A stretch of 64,000 nucleotides of DNA from Octopus bimaculoides. Taxonomy: Eukaryota. The position numbers and the translations under genes were made by a program. Numbering within the stretch: the first letter of the stretch is position 1; each line of letters opens with the position of its first letter. Where the stretch lies: contig NC_068986.1 of assembly GCF_001194135.2 (NCBI RefSeq), positions 59,978,529 to 60,042,528 of the forward strand. The letters are read 5' to 3'. The notes beneath the pieces were generated by a model. It saw only the letters and a program-made list of their open reading frames with translations. It searched no databases and had not been told where the DNA came from. This document shows, piece by piece, positions 38,131-52,303 of this stretch.

Positions 38131-41100
38131 TGTTGTAGATGCAACAACTGAAGATTTTCTTCAATTTTAAGAACGTGCAGATTTGAGTTGGTTAAGAAAT
38201 TTATATAATGTAGAAGGAAGTGATACAAAAGTGAATGAAAACTGGAAGCACTGGACCACAGTGAATGATGGATTAGAAACATGATCACGACAGTCTTCTC
38301 CATGGCATTAGACATCTAGCATGTAATCATCAAGCAATGACCTTCTCACTACTCAAACCAACCTGGTTGTTACAGGATTGTTTGTGAGAATTCCAAGTTT
38401 GTGTGCATTATCCAGTTTTGATTTCTCAGTTGTAAAGCCTGATTGTCACAGTGAATGTCCTAAAACTTCCTTACTTTGGTCAGATGTTGGTTCTGCTGGG
38501 TCAGCTGATGACAATGTAGGTGTTTCTGGTTGTGTATTATTAGGCAGTATTGTGTCTGATCAGAAGTGTCTGAGAACAGTTGATTACCTCTTTCTGACAA
38601 TGACTTTGGGGAACAGTAAGCCAAATCACAAGTTGAAACTGTAGTGATGCAGCCATTGTTAAACTGTACCTGTGAGAAATTGGGTGAGAGAGTTTCCAAC
38701 AGTTTAACCTTCTCTGTTGATGAATTGCCTTTTCAAGCTAGATGATTTCAAAATAAAACTGTTGAACCAACATTGGTTAAGAACAATAGCAGATCAGATG
38801 TAAATTTAGAGGTTCTATGTAAAGTAAACATTAAATTCATGGTTACTTCTGAACAATTCGGAATCCACTTAGCATAACATGCAAATAATTTGATTAGATG
38901 GTTCAGTTCCTTTCAATGGTGCTAGATTCTTCAAGTTCAATAACGTCTGATATCTTTCTGGATTTGGTTCAAGCATTCCTTTCTCTATTATATGCCCTAG
39001 GAAGTGGGTGGATTTTAAGTCAATACAGCATTTTAATTTGTTAAGTTGCATGCCAGTTTGCTGAGCTGCCTACTGGAACTTAGCCAAATTATAGTCGTGT
39101 TCTTCCTTTGTTTCACCTTCAATGAAAATGTCATCGATGTAACAATAAGTCTTTTGAAGAGAATTATTGTGACTGAATGAATCTATGTGATGAAAGCTGG
39201 TAATGACAATGACATTTGCACACCCAAATGATAGGCAAGTAAATTCAAACAGTTTGTTACAGGCTTCAAAACCCATCAAATGAAAATCCTCTTCATGTGA
39301 TGGAATTTGGTGGTAGGCTTCTTTCAACGACTGAACATGATTCTTTTGAGAAATGATTGGATATGATTCTTTTCAGTAACTCATCAATGTTAACTGCAGG
39401 ATAAGTGTCAATAGGACTGCAGTTTTTTATGATGTTGGTACAGTTGACTACTAGCCTCAATTTATTCCCTCTTGATACCACAAATGCACGCACCATACAC
39501 TTCAGGTAGTGTTCTTACATTCCATTTGGTAATATTTATTGTTTTCCTACAGCACATCTTACACTTCACTGGATGTTGAAGTGGGAGCAAACCAGCACAG
39601 ATCTTGTATAGTAATCTTTCGCCTTTGTTGTTTCATTTAGCATAGCATTACCTACAGTCATGAATTAAAACTAACTTTTGCAATTGGCTAGTATAACTCT
39701 CTCAATACAATACTAATGTTTTCCAGTAAGCAAGGACAGGCCAAGACATGCTGGCATCAGTGTCTCATACTGCAGCAGCTGGCTAGAAGATAAGTTTATT
39801 TATCTCCACCCTTAGGTGATGTCACAGGTCACTATTTGGGAGTGATCTATCATAGACATATATACACATTATATACACATGAGTTATTCCGTCCTTTGTC
39901 AGGTTTTGTTTTTAGTTCTGCACAGGGTATAAAATTACCCTCCTCACCAAGCACTTCTATTTTCCCGAATAATCTCATTTTCCAGTATTCTCCTGATCTT
40001 GCCTTAACCCTAATCCCATTTTTCAACCCCGATCCCATTTTACAATATTCTCTTGATTTTGCCTTCAATGAAATTTCTATAACAATTTTTCATGATTTCA
40101 TAACTATTGGTATTAATTTGGATGTGTTCATGCTAGGCAGCAGATTCAAACATTGGCAATTTAATTCTGAAAGAGGAATTCAGAGATCAGCTCCCTATTA
40201 CCATCTAGATTTAGTGTTAGCACTTAAGCAATCTTAAAATATCCATTCCTAATACAATTGGTGCTACAAGTGACTTAATGGCATACATTTCCGTTTTGTG
40301 ATAGAGTTCACCCCACTCTAGTATGACTAAACATGCTCCACAGATCTTAAATTGGTTGTAATAAACTAAAAGGATGCACTTTTTTGATACTGTCGGAGGA
40401 AGCCCAAGTTCTTTAGCCAGTTCTAGATGAATAGAGGTCCTATCTGATCCAGTATCCTGTAGAGCATTTGTTGTGAAATCATTTACCTTAACTTTAATGA
40501 GTTTTTCTCATTCTCAGATGACAGTCAGCAGAAAAATTGAAGCACAATCTTTGTCTGTTGGATCGTTTTCAGGATCTGCATTACCTTCTGTTCTGATCAT
40601 GGCAACCTTCTCTTTGAAAGAAGTAGGTTTCTTTGTCATGCAAATGGTTGCTCAGTATCCTTTTCAACAACAGTTATGACAGGTAGAATTGTTGGTTGGA
40701 TACATTGATGTTGGATTAAAAGGCCCACCACACCAATAGTGAGATTATTTTCCTGAAGTTACCAGAACTGGAGGGCATGAAGGAGTCATTCTCAACAAAT
40801 TCCTTTCATTGTCATTAGCTAATTTCATGGTTAAAGCAATTTTTACTAATGGTTCTAGGTCATCTTCGGTAGACTCATTGATGAATGGTCAATGAATTTG
40901 TTCCTGAGATGAAAGCATCACAAGTTAGTTAAGTTATGATGTTGTTCTGCACTTAGAGATTGTATATGATACTTCCTTACAAGATTTTTCAGGTCTAACA
41001 GAGACGCGCCTATCAATTAGTCTTCTACTTGAATATGATTATATAGTCTGTGACAAGCCATAATATAAGATGTTTTCTTGATAAACTTTTTATCAAAGTG

Positions 41101-41502
41101 ACTGAGGGTTTCCTGAAATGAGGGGCATTCTTCAATAACTTGTTAAGCTTTAGTGCAGCAGAGAACTAAAAGTATGGCTAAATACAATTTGGTGAGTATT
41201 CTTGCCTGCTTAATGTACACATGTAACATTTTTCACCAATAACTAATCTTCTTCAGAAGGCTAATCAACAAGTGTTTTCCAGAAAATTGTCGGATTCATA
41301 AATGTTCTTAAAATTGAAATAAGAGTGTGTTGTATCTAGATGCTGAAAATGCGACAACCAAAAGACTTCTTCACTCTGAAGAATATGCAGATTTGAGTTA
41401 GTTAAGAAATTTATATAATGTAGAAGGAATCAATAAAGAAGTGAATAATGACAGAAAGTACAGGACTGCAGTGAATGATGGATTAGAAATATGGTCACAA
41501 CA
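38131..41502 (-). mobile_element. Ty3/gypsy LTR retrotransposon, decayed and internally deleted (3372 bp)
   Basis: LTRs 41328-41502 and 38131-38292 with TG...CA ends; TSD ATCAA at 38126-38130 and 41503-41507; purine-rich PPT-like GGAGAAGAC. Gag knuckle relic (CHNCC*KGY), protease ALQDTGS (DTG 40448-40456), RT AYHQIP...YIDD (39130-39141), FLGHII, YAKWIPN. Confidence 0.9.
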
Positions 41503-41829
41503 ATCAACATTTCAATTAACATTGCATGAAACATTTAAATGAATAACAATGCATTTTGAAACTGAATGAACCATCATATTGTCTTCTAATATAACTCCAT
41601 TTACATCTAAGATTCATTATAGGAACAGTAAATTGAACCCAGTTATTTGACTGATACTTTATTTCATTAATATTGGGAAAATGAAAGGTAAATTTGACTT
41701 CAATAAGATTTGAAATCAAAACAAATGCCTGTAACTAAATACCACAAACATTTTATCCAATATGCTGATAATTTTGCAGAAATATATTAATCTAATTTAT
41801 ACCAGAATGGAAGCAACTCATTAGATTTG

Positions 41830-42480
41830 TTGGTCAGAGGTATAAACCCCTCTACAACTGGAAGAAGGAACACATCTTGTAAACAAAAAGTCCTGGAATG
41901 AAATTCTACTGACAATAAATTTGGGCAGCAAGGACTTATCTCCTTAGATCAGTACCAGTTGTGTCTAACATGGGTCAGTGTTTGGACGATTGCTTTTCCC
42001 TAATTGGCAAATGGGGAGTTCCATGTTTTCAACATGAATTTCCTCTGATGAGGGCACTAACTAGACATCTCTTTTTTAGAGTTTAAGAAGGTCCCTGGAT
42101 CAAGTGAGTTTTTCAGCATTCTTACTCCTTTGGCCAAGCAAAGCTTCTGTGACTTGTTATCAGTTGTTCAAGGAGCCTCCATTTAATTATTATAATGTAC
42201 CCTTCTCTTTTAAATGCCATACATAGCTGACTCAGGATGTGATGTTGCACTTCTCTGGTATCCCAAAAGGGGACCTGTGATTGTTAATATGTTGCTTGAA
42301 CTGGCCCTCTGTAGACCCAATATATTTCCATGTTTGTGCCCTCATGCTGGTGATGTTGCAGCTGTAGTTGTTACAAGTTGTTACAAGTGGATATTTGTTT
42401 TACTTAACTGACCATACATGTTCCTTCCTTCAATTGTAGAAAGATCATGTACCTCCAGCCAACAAGTCGGACAAGTTGCC
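41830..42480 (-). mobile_element. Naiad/Chlamys-type PLE 3' fragment (GIY-YIG)
   Basis: Minus-strand YSCNITSMRAQTWKYIGSTEGQFKQHINNH...S*VSYVWHLKEKG...KLCLAK...FLNSKKEMSS*CPHQRKF; YIG at 42316-42324. Confidence 0.75.
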
Positions 42481-44589
42481 TATACTACTAAGAGCTTTAT
42501 AGGTTTATTGGTCACTCTTTGACCAACCACAACAAACATTTTATGTATGTGTGTATGTATGTATGTATGTATGTTTTTGTGTGTGTGTGTGTGTGTGTGT
42601 GCATACATGTATGTATGCAACTGCCATCTTTGTCTCTTTGAGAAACTAAACACATTATGCAATATTCCTAAACAAAAAATGCCAAACTTATCACCAATAG
42701 AACTTCCTAGAGGCTAATTCAAAAATTCGTTGCTAATATTATCCATAGCCACAGATTTGTCCTCTATTCAGCAGCACTGAACAATATCAAACAGTTGCTA
42801 CAACACATAGCTATTGTCTAGCAGTCACCTGGTTACTGGCTTCATCACATGACCCAAACTGACTATTAAGATCAAACATTATACATCATCCAATGACAAT
42901 CAGCCATCTTTAGCACTTGTGGTTGCATCATCATTCTGAGTAATGTAGTTTTAAGTCAAGCTGTTAACAAAAACTTGGTGAGTGTGTGTATGCATGCATG
43001 CACATGTAAGTGAGTGTGTGTTGCCTGTACGTATTTTTTAAAATTTATGCTCTGATTAACTGGTATTGTGTTTATGTAGTCTCTTTATGTCATATAACTA
43101 ACAAACCAATAAAATATTGTAATGAGATCATTATGATAATGTAAAAATCCTTGAAGGTAGTACCCCTTTACAGCCACAGTTATAATGATTGATACTAGCA
43201 AAAGAATATAATAATTTCAACTGAAACAACAAAGGAGATAATGTAGGTAAAGATCAAGAAAAGGCCTTGTAAGCTATGAAAATAACATACAAATAGTGAA
43301 GAAAAACAAAATAAAGGTGCTAAGGAAAAGTCTCAGAAGCCATGAGAATTATCCATGAATTGTGAAGAAAATTAAAAAAACAACCACTTAAAACACTTAT
43401 AATATATTCACTTTTGTTATAAATTGTTAAAATATTATGTACATTGACAATCTGGTCATTACAGAGAGATTTTATCAGTGATCAGGTTGTAAATATGGAC
43501 AACATTCTTTTGGACACTTTATAGTATATAAAGCTATCACAAAATAAAATAAAAATATACTTGTGCATGAATCTTAGTTCTTTCTTTGTCATATTTCTAA
43601 TTAAATATACCGTTTAAGCATTTCAATTAATTTTGAAAATTAATCTAGAATTTGGAGAGATTTAGTAAAATAACTTTTACATTAAACTGGTGTTTGGAGC
43701 ATAAATTAGCATAAATATACTCTATGACAGGAAAATTTAGTTGAAAACTGAATGTTTTCAAATGAGAAGTTCTGTATTATAAAACCAGATGTTGTCTAAG
43801 GTGTATTGGTATCAAAAGAATTAGATGGCTTGAACCACAAACAGAAAATCAATTTTTGAGAGCTAGGGCATGCTAAGGACCTAAAGGTTGAAGTTGGAAA
43901 GTTGGTGTTAGACACTATAAGTACATCCACCCCAAAACACACATAAGCTGAAAAATAGGGTAACACCATCCTCTGTGTACAACCCCATTTTCACCACTGA
44001 TTTGAACATATGAACTGAGATCAAGCCAGCTGTCTCACTGGTTTCATTAAGTTAATAGACAACTCTTGATGGTTTGCATGATGAATTGCTATTTGCTTGT
44101 CATAGAATCATAAATTTTTTATTGGAGAATACAAACAAAAATGGTCTCCTCTTCCTGCCACATTTTCTTTTTTTGTGTGTTTTTACAAAACACTATCTTA
44201 TTGGTTAGATACATAAACAAGAATATAAAGAGCCAGAACAAACACCACAAAGTATCCTGTCTAATGTCCTAATCCACAGCTCAGAACTGGTACTTTAATT
44301 TATTAATCTCCCAGATGAAGTTGATCACAGCAGGATTTGAAGTCAGAACAGAAAAATCTGGAACAAGTACTACAAGGTATTTTGTTCAGCACTAATAATT
44401 TCACTAATATTGATCCTGAAAAAAATGAAAAAGGTAACCTCAGCATGATTTGAACTAAGAACATTACTGCAAGGCATTTTGACTGACACTAACAATTCTA
44501 ATGATTTGCCACTTGTTTGATAAAAACAAATCCAACTCTGAAAATGAAGCATGCTTTAGATAACAGAAAATAATAAAGGCCACCACATG

Positions 44590-44915
44590 TCAATAGTTCC
44601 ACTGTGTAGAACCTTGGGCAACTGTCTTCTACAATAGCCTCAGATCAACCAAAGCTTTGTGAGTGGATTTGATAGAAGCCCATTATGTGTGTGTGTGTGT
44701 GTGCGTGCATGTACGTGTATATTTATGTCTGTGTCTGTCTCCTGCCATCATTTGACAACTGGTGTTGGTGTGTTTACATCCCTGTAACTTAGTGGTCCAG
44801 CAAAAGAGACTGAGAGAATAAGTATCAGGCTCTACAAAAATAATAAATAGTGGGGTCGATTCATTCGACTAAAATTCTTCAAGGTGATGCCCTAGCATGA
44901 CTGAAACAAAATAAA
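44590..44915 (+). mobile_element. tRNA-derived SINE (decayed head)
   Basis: ACCTTGGGCAACTGTCTTCTAC...AAAGCTTTGTGAGTGGATTTG...GACTGAAACAAAATAAAAG matches the 57360-57755 family. Confidence 0.65.
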
Positions 44916-45991
44916 AGATCAGGCAACTTAATTCTTCCAGTCAGTTTCAAATCATTGTAGATTCTTTAATTTCATTTACTCATTATTAAATATGCCAACT
45001 CCTACTTTCTCAACTATCACCATCAGTACCACAAAAATATTTAATATATATTTCTTCAACCAAAAATGTAATGGGGAAACCAATTTAGTAGTATACACTA
45101 TTCTTGAATCAGAATCATAGAAAGATAAATCTGGAAATAGATATTGCTGCTTTTGCATATACCATATAAATATATAAATAAATTAAACAAACAAAAGAAA
45201 AAAATAAATAAAAGAAACAAAGAAAATAACACACCAAGGAAGAAGGAGGTCAAAGACCACCTAGTATTTACAATCAGCATTGTAGCAAAAGAGTTCTAAT
45301 CATGATAGACATGATATGGTTGGAACTTGTCTTACCATAAAACATAAAAACTACCATGTTAGTGCTGGAATTAAAAAAATAAAATTCACAGAGAGAGAAA
45401 AAAAGAAGTGGGTGGTACCGGCATGTGCCAAAAACAGTTAAAGTAAAGACAAATATGTCTCATGGTCAGAAGATACACTTAAATATATCAATAGAAAGAA
45501 AGCTCTGTTGCTTAGATTTGCAACAGAATATGTTTATACACATGTGCAAGAATATCATAGTATGTGTGTGTGAGTACATTTACGTATATGCTTACAATAT
45601 TTATTTACAGTATTAGATATTAATTTCTGTATTGTATATGCTAACTTGCACATATGCACACACAAACTATTACACAGCAATAATCCAAATGAATTCCTCC
45701 AGAATTATTTTTTAAACCAATATTGATTTATGTACATCTCTCTCTCTTTCTCTCTCTCAATCTATCTATCACTTTTTCTTTCTGTGTGTGAGAGAGAGAC
45801 AGAGAGAGAATGGGATGGTGGTGGAGTGAGCAGTGATCTGTCTTATATCAGGAGTCTAAAAGTTTTTAAAGATTTATTGTATATATAACATTCATTGTAT
45901 ATGAATTCCATTAATGAAGCACATTTGAAAAAAGAAAGAATGTCTCTTTGAATTAGTTAAAATACAGAGTGTGCACCTATGTTCCTGTGTG

Positions 45992-46036
<45 letters not shown>

Positions 46037-46351
46037 ACTCACACATGCATGTGCACACACACAGACACACATTCACACATGCAAGTGCACACACACACAC
46101 GCACACAAACAAATAACACAAAACATTGCAAAAATTATACATAGACATTACAAGCACTGTAAGTGAAACTTTGCAAGCATTATCTACAGATATTATAAGC
46201 AATATATTTAGATATAAGCACTCTCTTTCTCACTATACACACACACACGTACCTCGTAAGTACTACAAATCTCTTTCTTTCTCTTTCTCTCTTTCTCTCT
46301 TTCTCTCTCTCTATATACACACGCATACACACACACACACACACATATATA

Positions 46352-47010
46352 TCATCATTGTCATCAACATCATCATTTAACATCCGCTTTCCATGCTAGC
46401 AAGCCAGGGGACTGTGCCAAACTGAATAATATCATAGATAGAGAAGTGAGGAGTGTTAGATGATGAAATATGAGAAAAATGTTTGACAGGGCAGTGAGAA
46501 TGAAAGTGGAGTCAGAGCTCTGCACATACAAGCATTAACCAATGTGGTTTTAGGATATCAATTCTGCTGTGGTGGGCAGGTCTTCTTGAGTACAGCAAAG
46601 ATCCAGACATCTCAGTCCTTTGTCATCTTCTCTGTAAGGTTCAGCATCTTGAGATTAGCCTTCAATACTTCATCCCATATCTTCCTGTGTTATTCTCTTC
46701 CATAAGTTCCTTCCACTTTAAGTAATTGGTACCTCTTTATGCAACTGTCCTCATCCATATGCATCAATGACCATTTGAGAAAATCAATTATCATTGTATC
46801 TGTACACTTTATGGTTCTTGTGCATCTTTCACACACAAACACTACTTTCGCTATTACTTTCTTGTGATTCCATTTCCCCTTTTTGTGTATCCATAGCTTG
46901 CACTGAATACACCAAATGGAATTCCTGTCTCTATCTTTCCTACATACTGAGCAGGGACATTCACCCAAAGTCAGAAAGCCCTGTCTATAAATAAATGGAT
47001 TAGGCATCTT
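46352..47010 (-). mobile_element. Decayed, deleted RTE LINE copy (same family as 20141-22147)
   Basis: ORF 46690-47007 CPCSVCRKDRDRNSIWCIQCKLWIHKK...FVCERC...MDEDSCIKR; tail at 46352-46400. Confidence 0.75.
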
Positions 47011-47049
47011 CAGCTGTTAAATCAAAGTTTCAAACTTTATCCAATATAT

Positions 47050-49790
47050 CCATGATTAATGCATATGATGAACATTTTACATTCCACTTCAACTGAACTC
47101 ACCACATCTGCTGTCAAGCAAAATATTAGCATGGTTTGTATACAAGTACACCATTTTCTTCACAGCAATCTTGAACTAAAATATCACAATGCAGGAAATG
47201 GGTGGACCTTTATCTCTTCTTTAATATGGAAAGGCCCTAATAACTCTACACTTGGAGGTGTAGGAATGCTACTCAGTCTCCATGCTCTCTGCTCACTCAA
47301 ATTGAAAAGATCTATCCTCAAATTATTACAGCAACGTTTAACAGAAACTCACACACCACTTATATCTTGCTAATGTTCAACAAATGTCTCTTATGAAGCA
47401 GAGGTTGTCAGTATCTAGTAAGACAAATTCCTTGTCCTAATGTCTTGCTAATAGCAGGTAATATGAATGCTCATCTTGCAAAGCTGAATAGAAATACAGC
47501 TTCCTTGAAGCAACCAATCAGAATGGAGAATATCTGCATGAATTCATATCTGAAAATAATCTTATCTGTCTTAACAAGATATCAAAAATGAGTTGGTAAG
47601 TGGTGGATATTCACATACCCAAACGGTATAAAAGCACAATTAGACTACATATTCATTAGCAAAAAATGGACAAGCAGTGCCATGTACTGCATGGCATTTG
47701 ATATGTTTGACATTTCCTCTGACCACAGATAGCATCAGCTAAAATTCGCCTCAGTCTAAGATCAAACAAAAAGCCAGAAACCAAATATAAATGCTATGAC
47801 TGGTCATCTCTAACAGATCCTGAAATATGTGATCAATTTGCAATTACATCAAGAAGCCAGTGTGAAGCCCTGCAAAATACTTCTGAAACTACCACTCTCA
47901 ATGATAAACATGAAATTTTTTAACTGCACACAAACAAGCAGAAGATGAATGCATCTCTCGGTAACCAAAAGTTAAACATAAAGTTCCCTGGGAAACTGCA
48001 GCTGTTATTGAAAAGCAAGAAATACTCCGAAAGATTTCTAAACTAAAAACAACAAACCCTACAAGATCAAACCTAAAACAGTTCACTAAAGTACAGAAGG
48101 ATTTAGCTTTGGAATATCAAAAAGTGCAAGAGCTTTATGTACAAAAGCAAATTGACAACGTCAAAGTTTGTATTGACAATAAACAATTATCTATGGTGTG
48201 GAAAATTGTAAAGGAAGTAAGCGGAAGAAAGAGCGCCTCAAAATCCAAACTGAAAGCAGCAAATGAAGTTGAGCAACTCAAACTGTGGAGAGATCGCTTT
48301 AAAAACTTACTTGGTAAACCACCTGAAATTAAAAAGATCATTCACAATCAACTCAACATACAATTGGGGAGTTTTCTGTGGGTGAACTGGAAGCAGTCAT
48401 AAGATCATTGAAGAATAGAAAAGCAGCTGGTTTGGACAAATCCCACCTGAAGTTTGGAAAACGGGAATTTAATGACATACTTCTTCAACTCTGTTATACT
48501 ATCAAACCATGTAGAGAAATGGAGTAAAGGCTGCATCCTCCTGTTTCCAAGGGGAGATCTCGGTGTCCCAAAACTCCAGGGATATTACTCTCACTGCCAT
48601 ATCTGCCAAAGTTTACAAATCCATGCTACTCACTTGTATCCAACTGGAGATTGAAAAAATTTTGAGGAAAAATCAGAATGGCTTTTGAAGAAATAGATTA
48701 ACATTTTCCCAGATTCTTACAACCCTAAGAGTTATTGAAGGAGTATGTGCAAGGAACCTGAAAGCAGTCTTCTTGTTTGCTGACTTTTCTAGGGCCTTTG
48801 TCTTGATACACAGAGGAAATATGGAAGAAATACTGCTTGCTTACAATATCTCAAAGGAGTCTATACAACATCATGATGTTGTATAGAAATATTCAATCCA
48901 TAGTTCATTCTCCAGATGGCAACACAGAGTTAGTTCTTTGACATAGTGGTGGATGTCCCACGGAGTGACACCTTGACACCCTATCCATTCATTATGTCTA
49001 GGTTATGTCCTAGGCACCTCTGTCAATGAGATGAAGGACAAAGGATTCGTTCTTCAACCAACCAAAAGTAGACATTTTCCAAATGTGACCATCACAGATG
49101 CTGACTATACTGATGATTGGCACTACTAGCAGATGAAGTTTGCACAATCTTGAAAGTGCTGCTAAAGATGTTGGTCTCTACATCAACTCAGACAAGATAG
49201 AATATATGATGTACAGCCAGAGCAGCAACATTAACTCCTCATCTGAAAAATCCTTGAAAAACGTTGATGAATTCACATACTTTGAAAGTAAAATCCCAAT
49301 GGAAGATCTGTCTGCAAGTGATATTCATGTCTGAATTAGCAAAGCTAGGGCAGCTTTAAATAAATTATCAAAGGTCTGGAAATCTAAGCCTCCATTAAAT
49401 TTGAAAGGTAATTTCTTTCAGGTGTTTTGTAGTCAGTTGTTATATGGATGTGCAACATAGACTCTAACAAAGTATCTTGAAAAGAAAATTAACAGAACTT
49501 ATATATGAATGCTTCGACCTGCTCTGGACATTTCCTGGAGACAACATCCAACATAAGAACTTCTCTATGGTAATTTTTCACATGTCATCTGAGAAAGAAG
49601 AACAAAATTCACTGGACATTGCTGAAAATCAAAGGATGAGATCATCAGCAATGGATATGGATATGCATATATTGGTAGACCATATCAAACCTACATAAAG
49701 CAACAATGTGAGGACTCTGAATGCACTTGAGAAGACCTACCTGCTTGGTGGACCAAACAGATTAGAGAGAACATGCCACAGTAATACATG
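47050..49790 (+). mobile_element. Old, near full-length RTE-clade LINE (APE + RT), heavily mutated; second family
   Basis: MVCIQVH, GNGWTFISS...LGGVGMLLS (APE); KAAGLD.IP-like, FSRAFVLIHRG, DYTDD near 49103-49116, FTYFES, LLYGC-like (RT). Many stops and frameshifts. Confidence 0.8.
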
Positions 49791-50299
49791 TAATAAACAT
49801 GACTAGATGATCAACTGAACACAATTTCAGAATCAAAAGTGCTGGCTCATTTACAAGAAGCATTTTTCTGCTTTTTATATGAACCTGTCCATGTATATTT
49901 CCACTGACTTGGGTCAAATAATTTCCACAGGAAGACATACACAGCATTCACTGTTATATGTTGCATGGTGAGAAATGAAATTAATCTGCATAATGTTAGA
50001 GTACAGTTCTAAAAATTACTTTTGACATGTCTCCTGTATTTGTGAAGTGAGAAGACAAGATTGGCATGAAGAAGAAAGAATTATTAAATATGACGAAATT
50101 AAAGAATTCAGACAATGGGCTCATCTCAGTAAATTTAAGGTAGGTTTTTCTGTCAATAACAATATTTATCCAGAAATATATTAAAAATGCTTCTGTATCA
50201 ACTATATTATCACAGCAAAATAATCAATATTAATATTAAATTTTGTACATGAATATTTTCAGGTTTTTACCTTAAGTAAATAAAAAACATACATACATG

Positions 50300-50330
<31 letters not shown>

Positions 50331-52303
50331 ATATATNNNNNNNNNNATATATATATTAACAGAAGTCAATGTTTATAATAGGGAGATATTTAATAATACC
50401 TTGTAATATTGAAAGTTATAGCTTGATTCTCATTAAATTCCTTATATTACATTTGCTAAATAGATATTTATCTCTGGAACACAAATTCATTTTTCAAATA
50501 AGATTTCCTTTGTCCTAAATTTTTATTTTCATTTTCATGCTTTTCACCAAAATGTATCCAACAAGCTTTTCAATTCAGATATTCTCAACTTCCTTTCCTT
50601 AGTCAAAACCCTGTTTGATTAATCAGTAGAATTCATTACAAAACAGTTTCATGTTTACGATTAAATAACTTGCCCTTTTAAAATTAAATATTAAAAAATA
50701 AAATACAATAAGCTGGTTGAGATTTTCTGAATAAGGCAGCCACAAGTGTTGGTATTTTTATTGCGCTAGATGACTTCAAATCTTGTGTTTTGTTTCATTT
50801 TTCTCTTTTACAGAGGATGACTCCTTGATCAATCAGAAAATGTTTAATTAAAGTAAGCACTAACATACTAAATGTGGCAAGCAAAAAAACTTTTATTCTT
50901 AAGACCTCCTGCACTGAGTAGGTGTAAACACTGAGCCAATGCTTAAAATTGCCCTAGACAAGGATTGACACCAAAATCTTAATTAATCAAAATTGTAAAA
51001 TCAGTATGCAGTGGGAGAGGGAGGGGGGTGCCTCTGAACTGTGGCAATTCTGGATATGTTTTGGCCTCATTAGACCTTCTCAGCAAAGCAGTCTTATCAT
51101 ACCTACTGGATCTGTAATAAAAGCATTTTTATATGTGTGCACAGTCATGTGCATGTATATAAAAGTGAAATAATGTTGAGGTTTTTTTTCATTTGTTGAT
51201 CGTCAAAGGGATGGTTGATCCTAGGTGAGGAAACATAAGATTGTAGGCTATTGTAGGTTGGCTGTGACCCATTCCAAGCAAAGGAATGGGTTTCGTCAAT
51301 TTAGAAAGTAGATGCTAGTAATATGCAAGAGATTTGGTCACTAATTCTAATAGATCAAGCAACTGCAAAGAGACTTATCTGTTGGTGTGCCAGTTGAAAG
51401 TAAAATGTACACCAGAAATTAAAACTATATAAAAGTTGGATAGTGTTGGAGAAATCAATGTCTAATTTGAAAAGATGAAGTAATGGATTTTACAAATAAT
51501 TAAAATATGAAAGGAATAAGGAATGAAGAGTTATTGTTGATTTATGTCATTTAATTTATAGTTTTGTGAAAAACAATAATGTGTTGATGACAGGAAGTGG
51601 AAAGACAGGTGCAGTGACAAAGCCAGTGAGTTTAGAAAAGTAGCAGCAGTTCTTGAATTTAAAAGAAGAAAAATAGAAACTATGACCTAATTAAGGATCA
51701 TTTTATAAAAGTCTATCTATCCATCCAATAATTACTTTCAAATTCAAGAGAAATATGCAACTAATGCAGTTTACATTTCATATGCATTTTAGTAAAGTTG
51801 TGGACAGGCACAAATTACCTGTGTAACATGGTTTTAATAAAGAAGGATTGCACATATTGTTAGGTCCTAACTATATGATTAACAAAATCTACTAAGGATT
51901 GTAAAGAGTTACTTCAAGTCAGAACAGAAATGGAATTGATCTGTCCAGAGACAGAAGCCACTGAAGAATTAATAGCCAGTGTATGATTCAGAACAATATA
52001 TTTTCACTCTGAACAACATTAAAACTAGTGGATTGCAACAATTTCTATAAACTAAAATCTAATGATAAATAGAGAATGAAGAAGATGTGAATTATAGATT
52101 GAAATTATTGTTACAACTGTATTACTTCACTTTGAAAAGTGAAGGACAATATTTTATGATTTTCTGATTTTTGTTGCTAGAAAAAAAATCCCCAATAACA
52201 ACTGTATGAGCAGGCAATTAGGCACAGTAGACAGTCAAATGGAATTGATTAGCTTTCCTAAAACTGTCTATCCTACATTTAATGATTGTTTATATTGACT
52301 TAC

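Noticed and set aside
39836-40237. 133-aa plus-strand ORF inside the gypsy element
   Set aside because: Antisense to pol and insert sequence, low-complexity F/P/L/I composition, no motif.
45336-45364. 29-nt minus-strand exon candidate (MVVFMFY)
   Set aside because: Its phase-1 donor does not fit the phase-0 acceptor at 32691; no other support.
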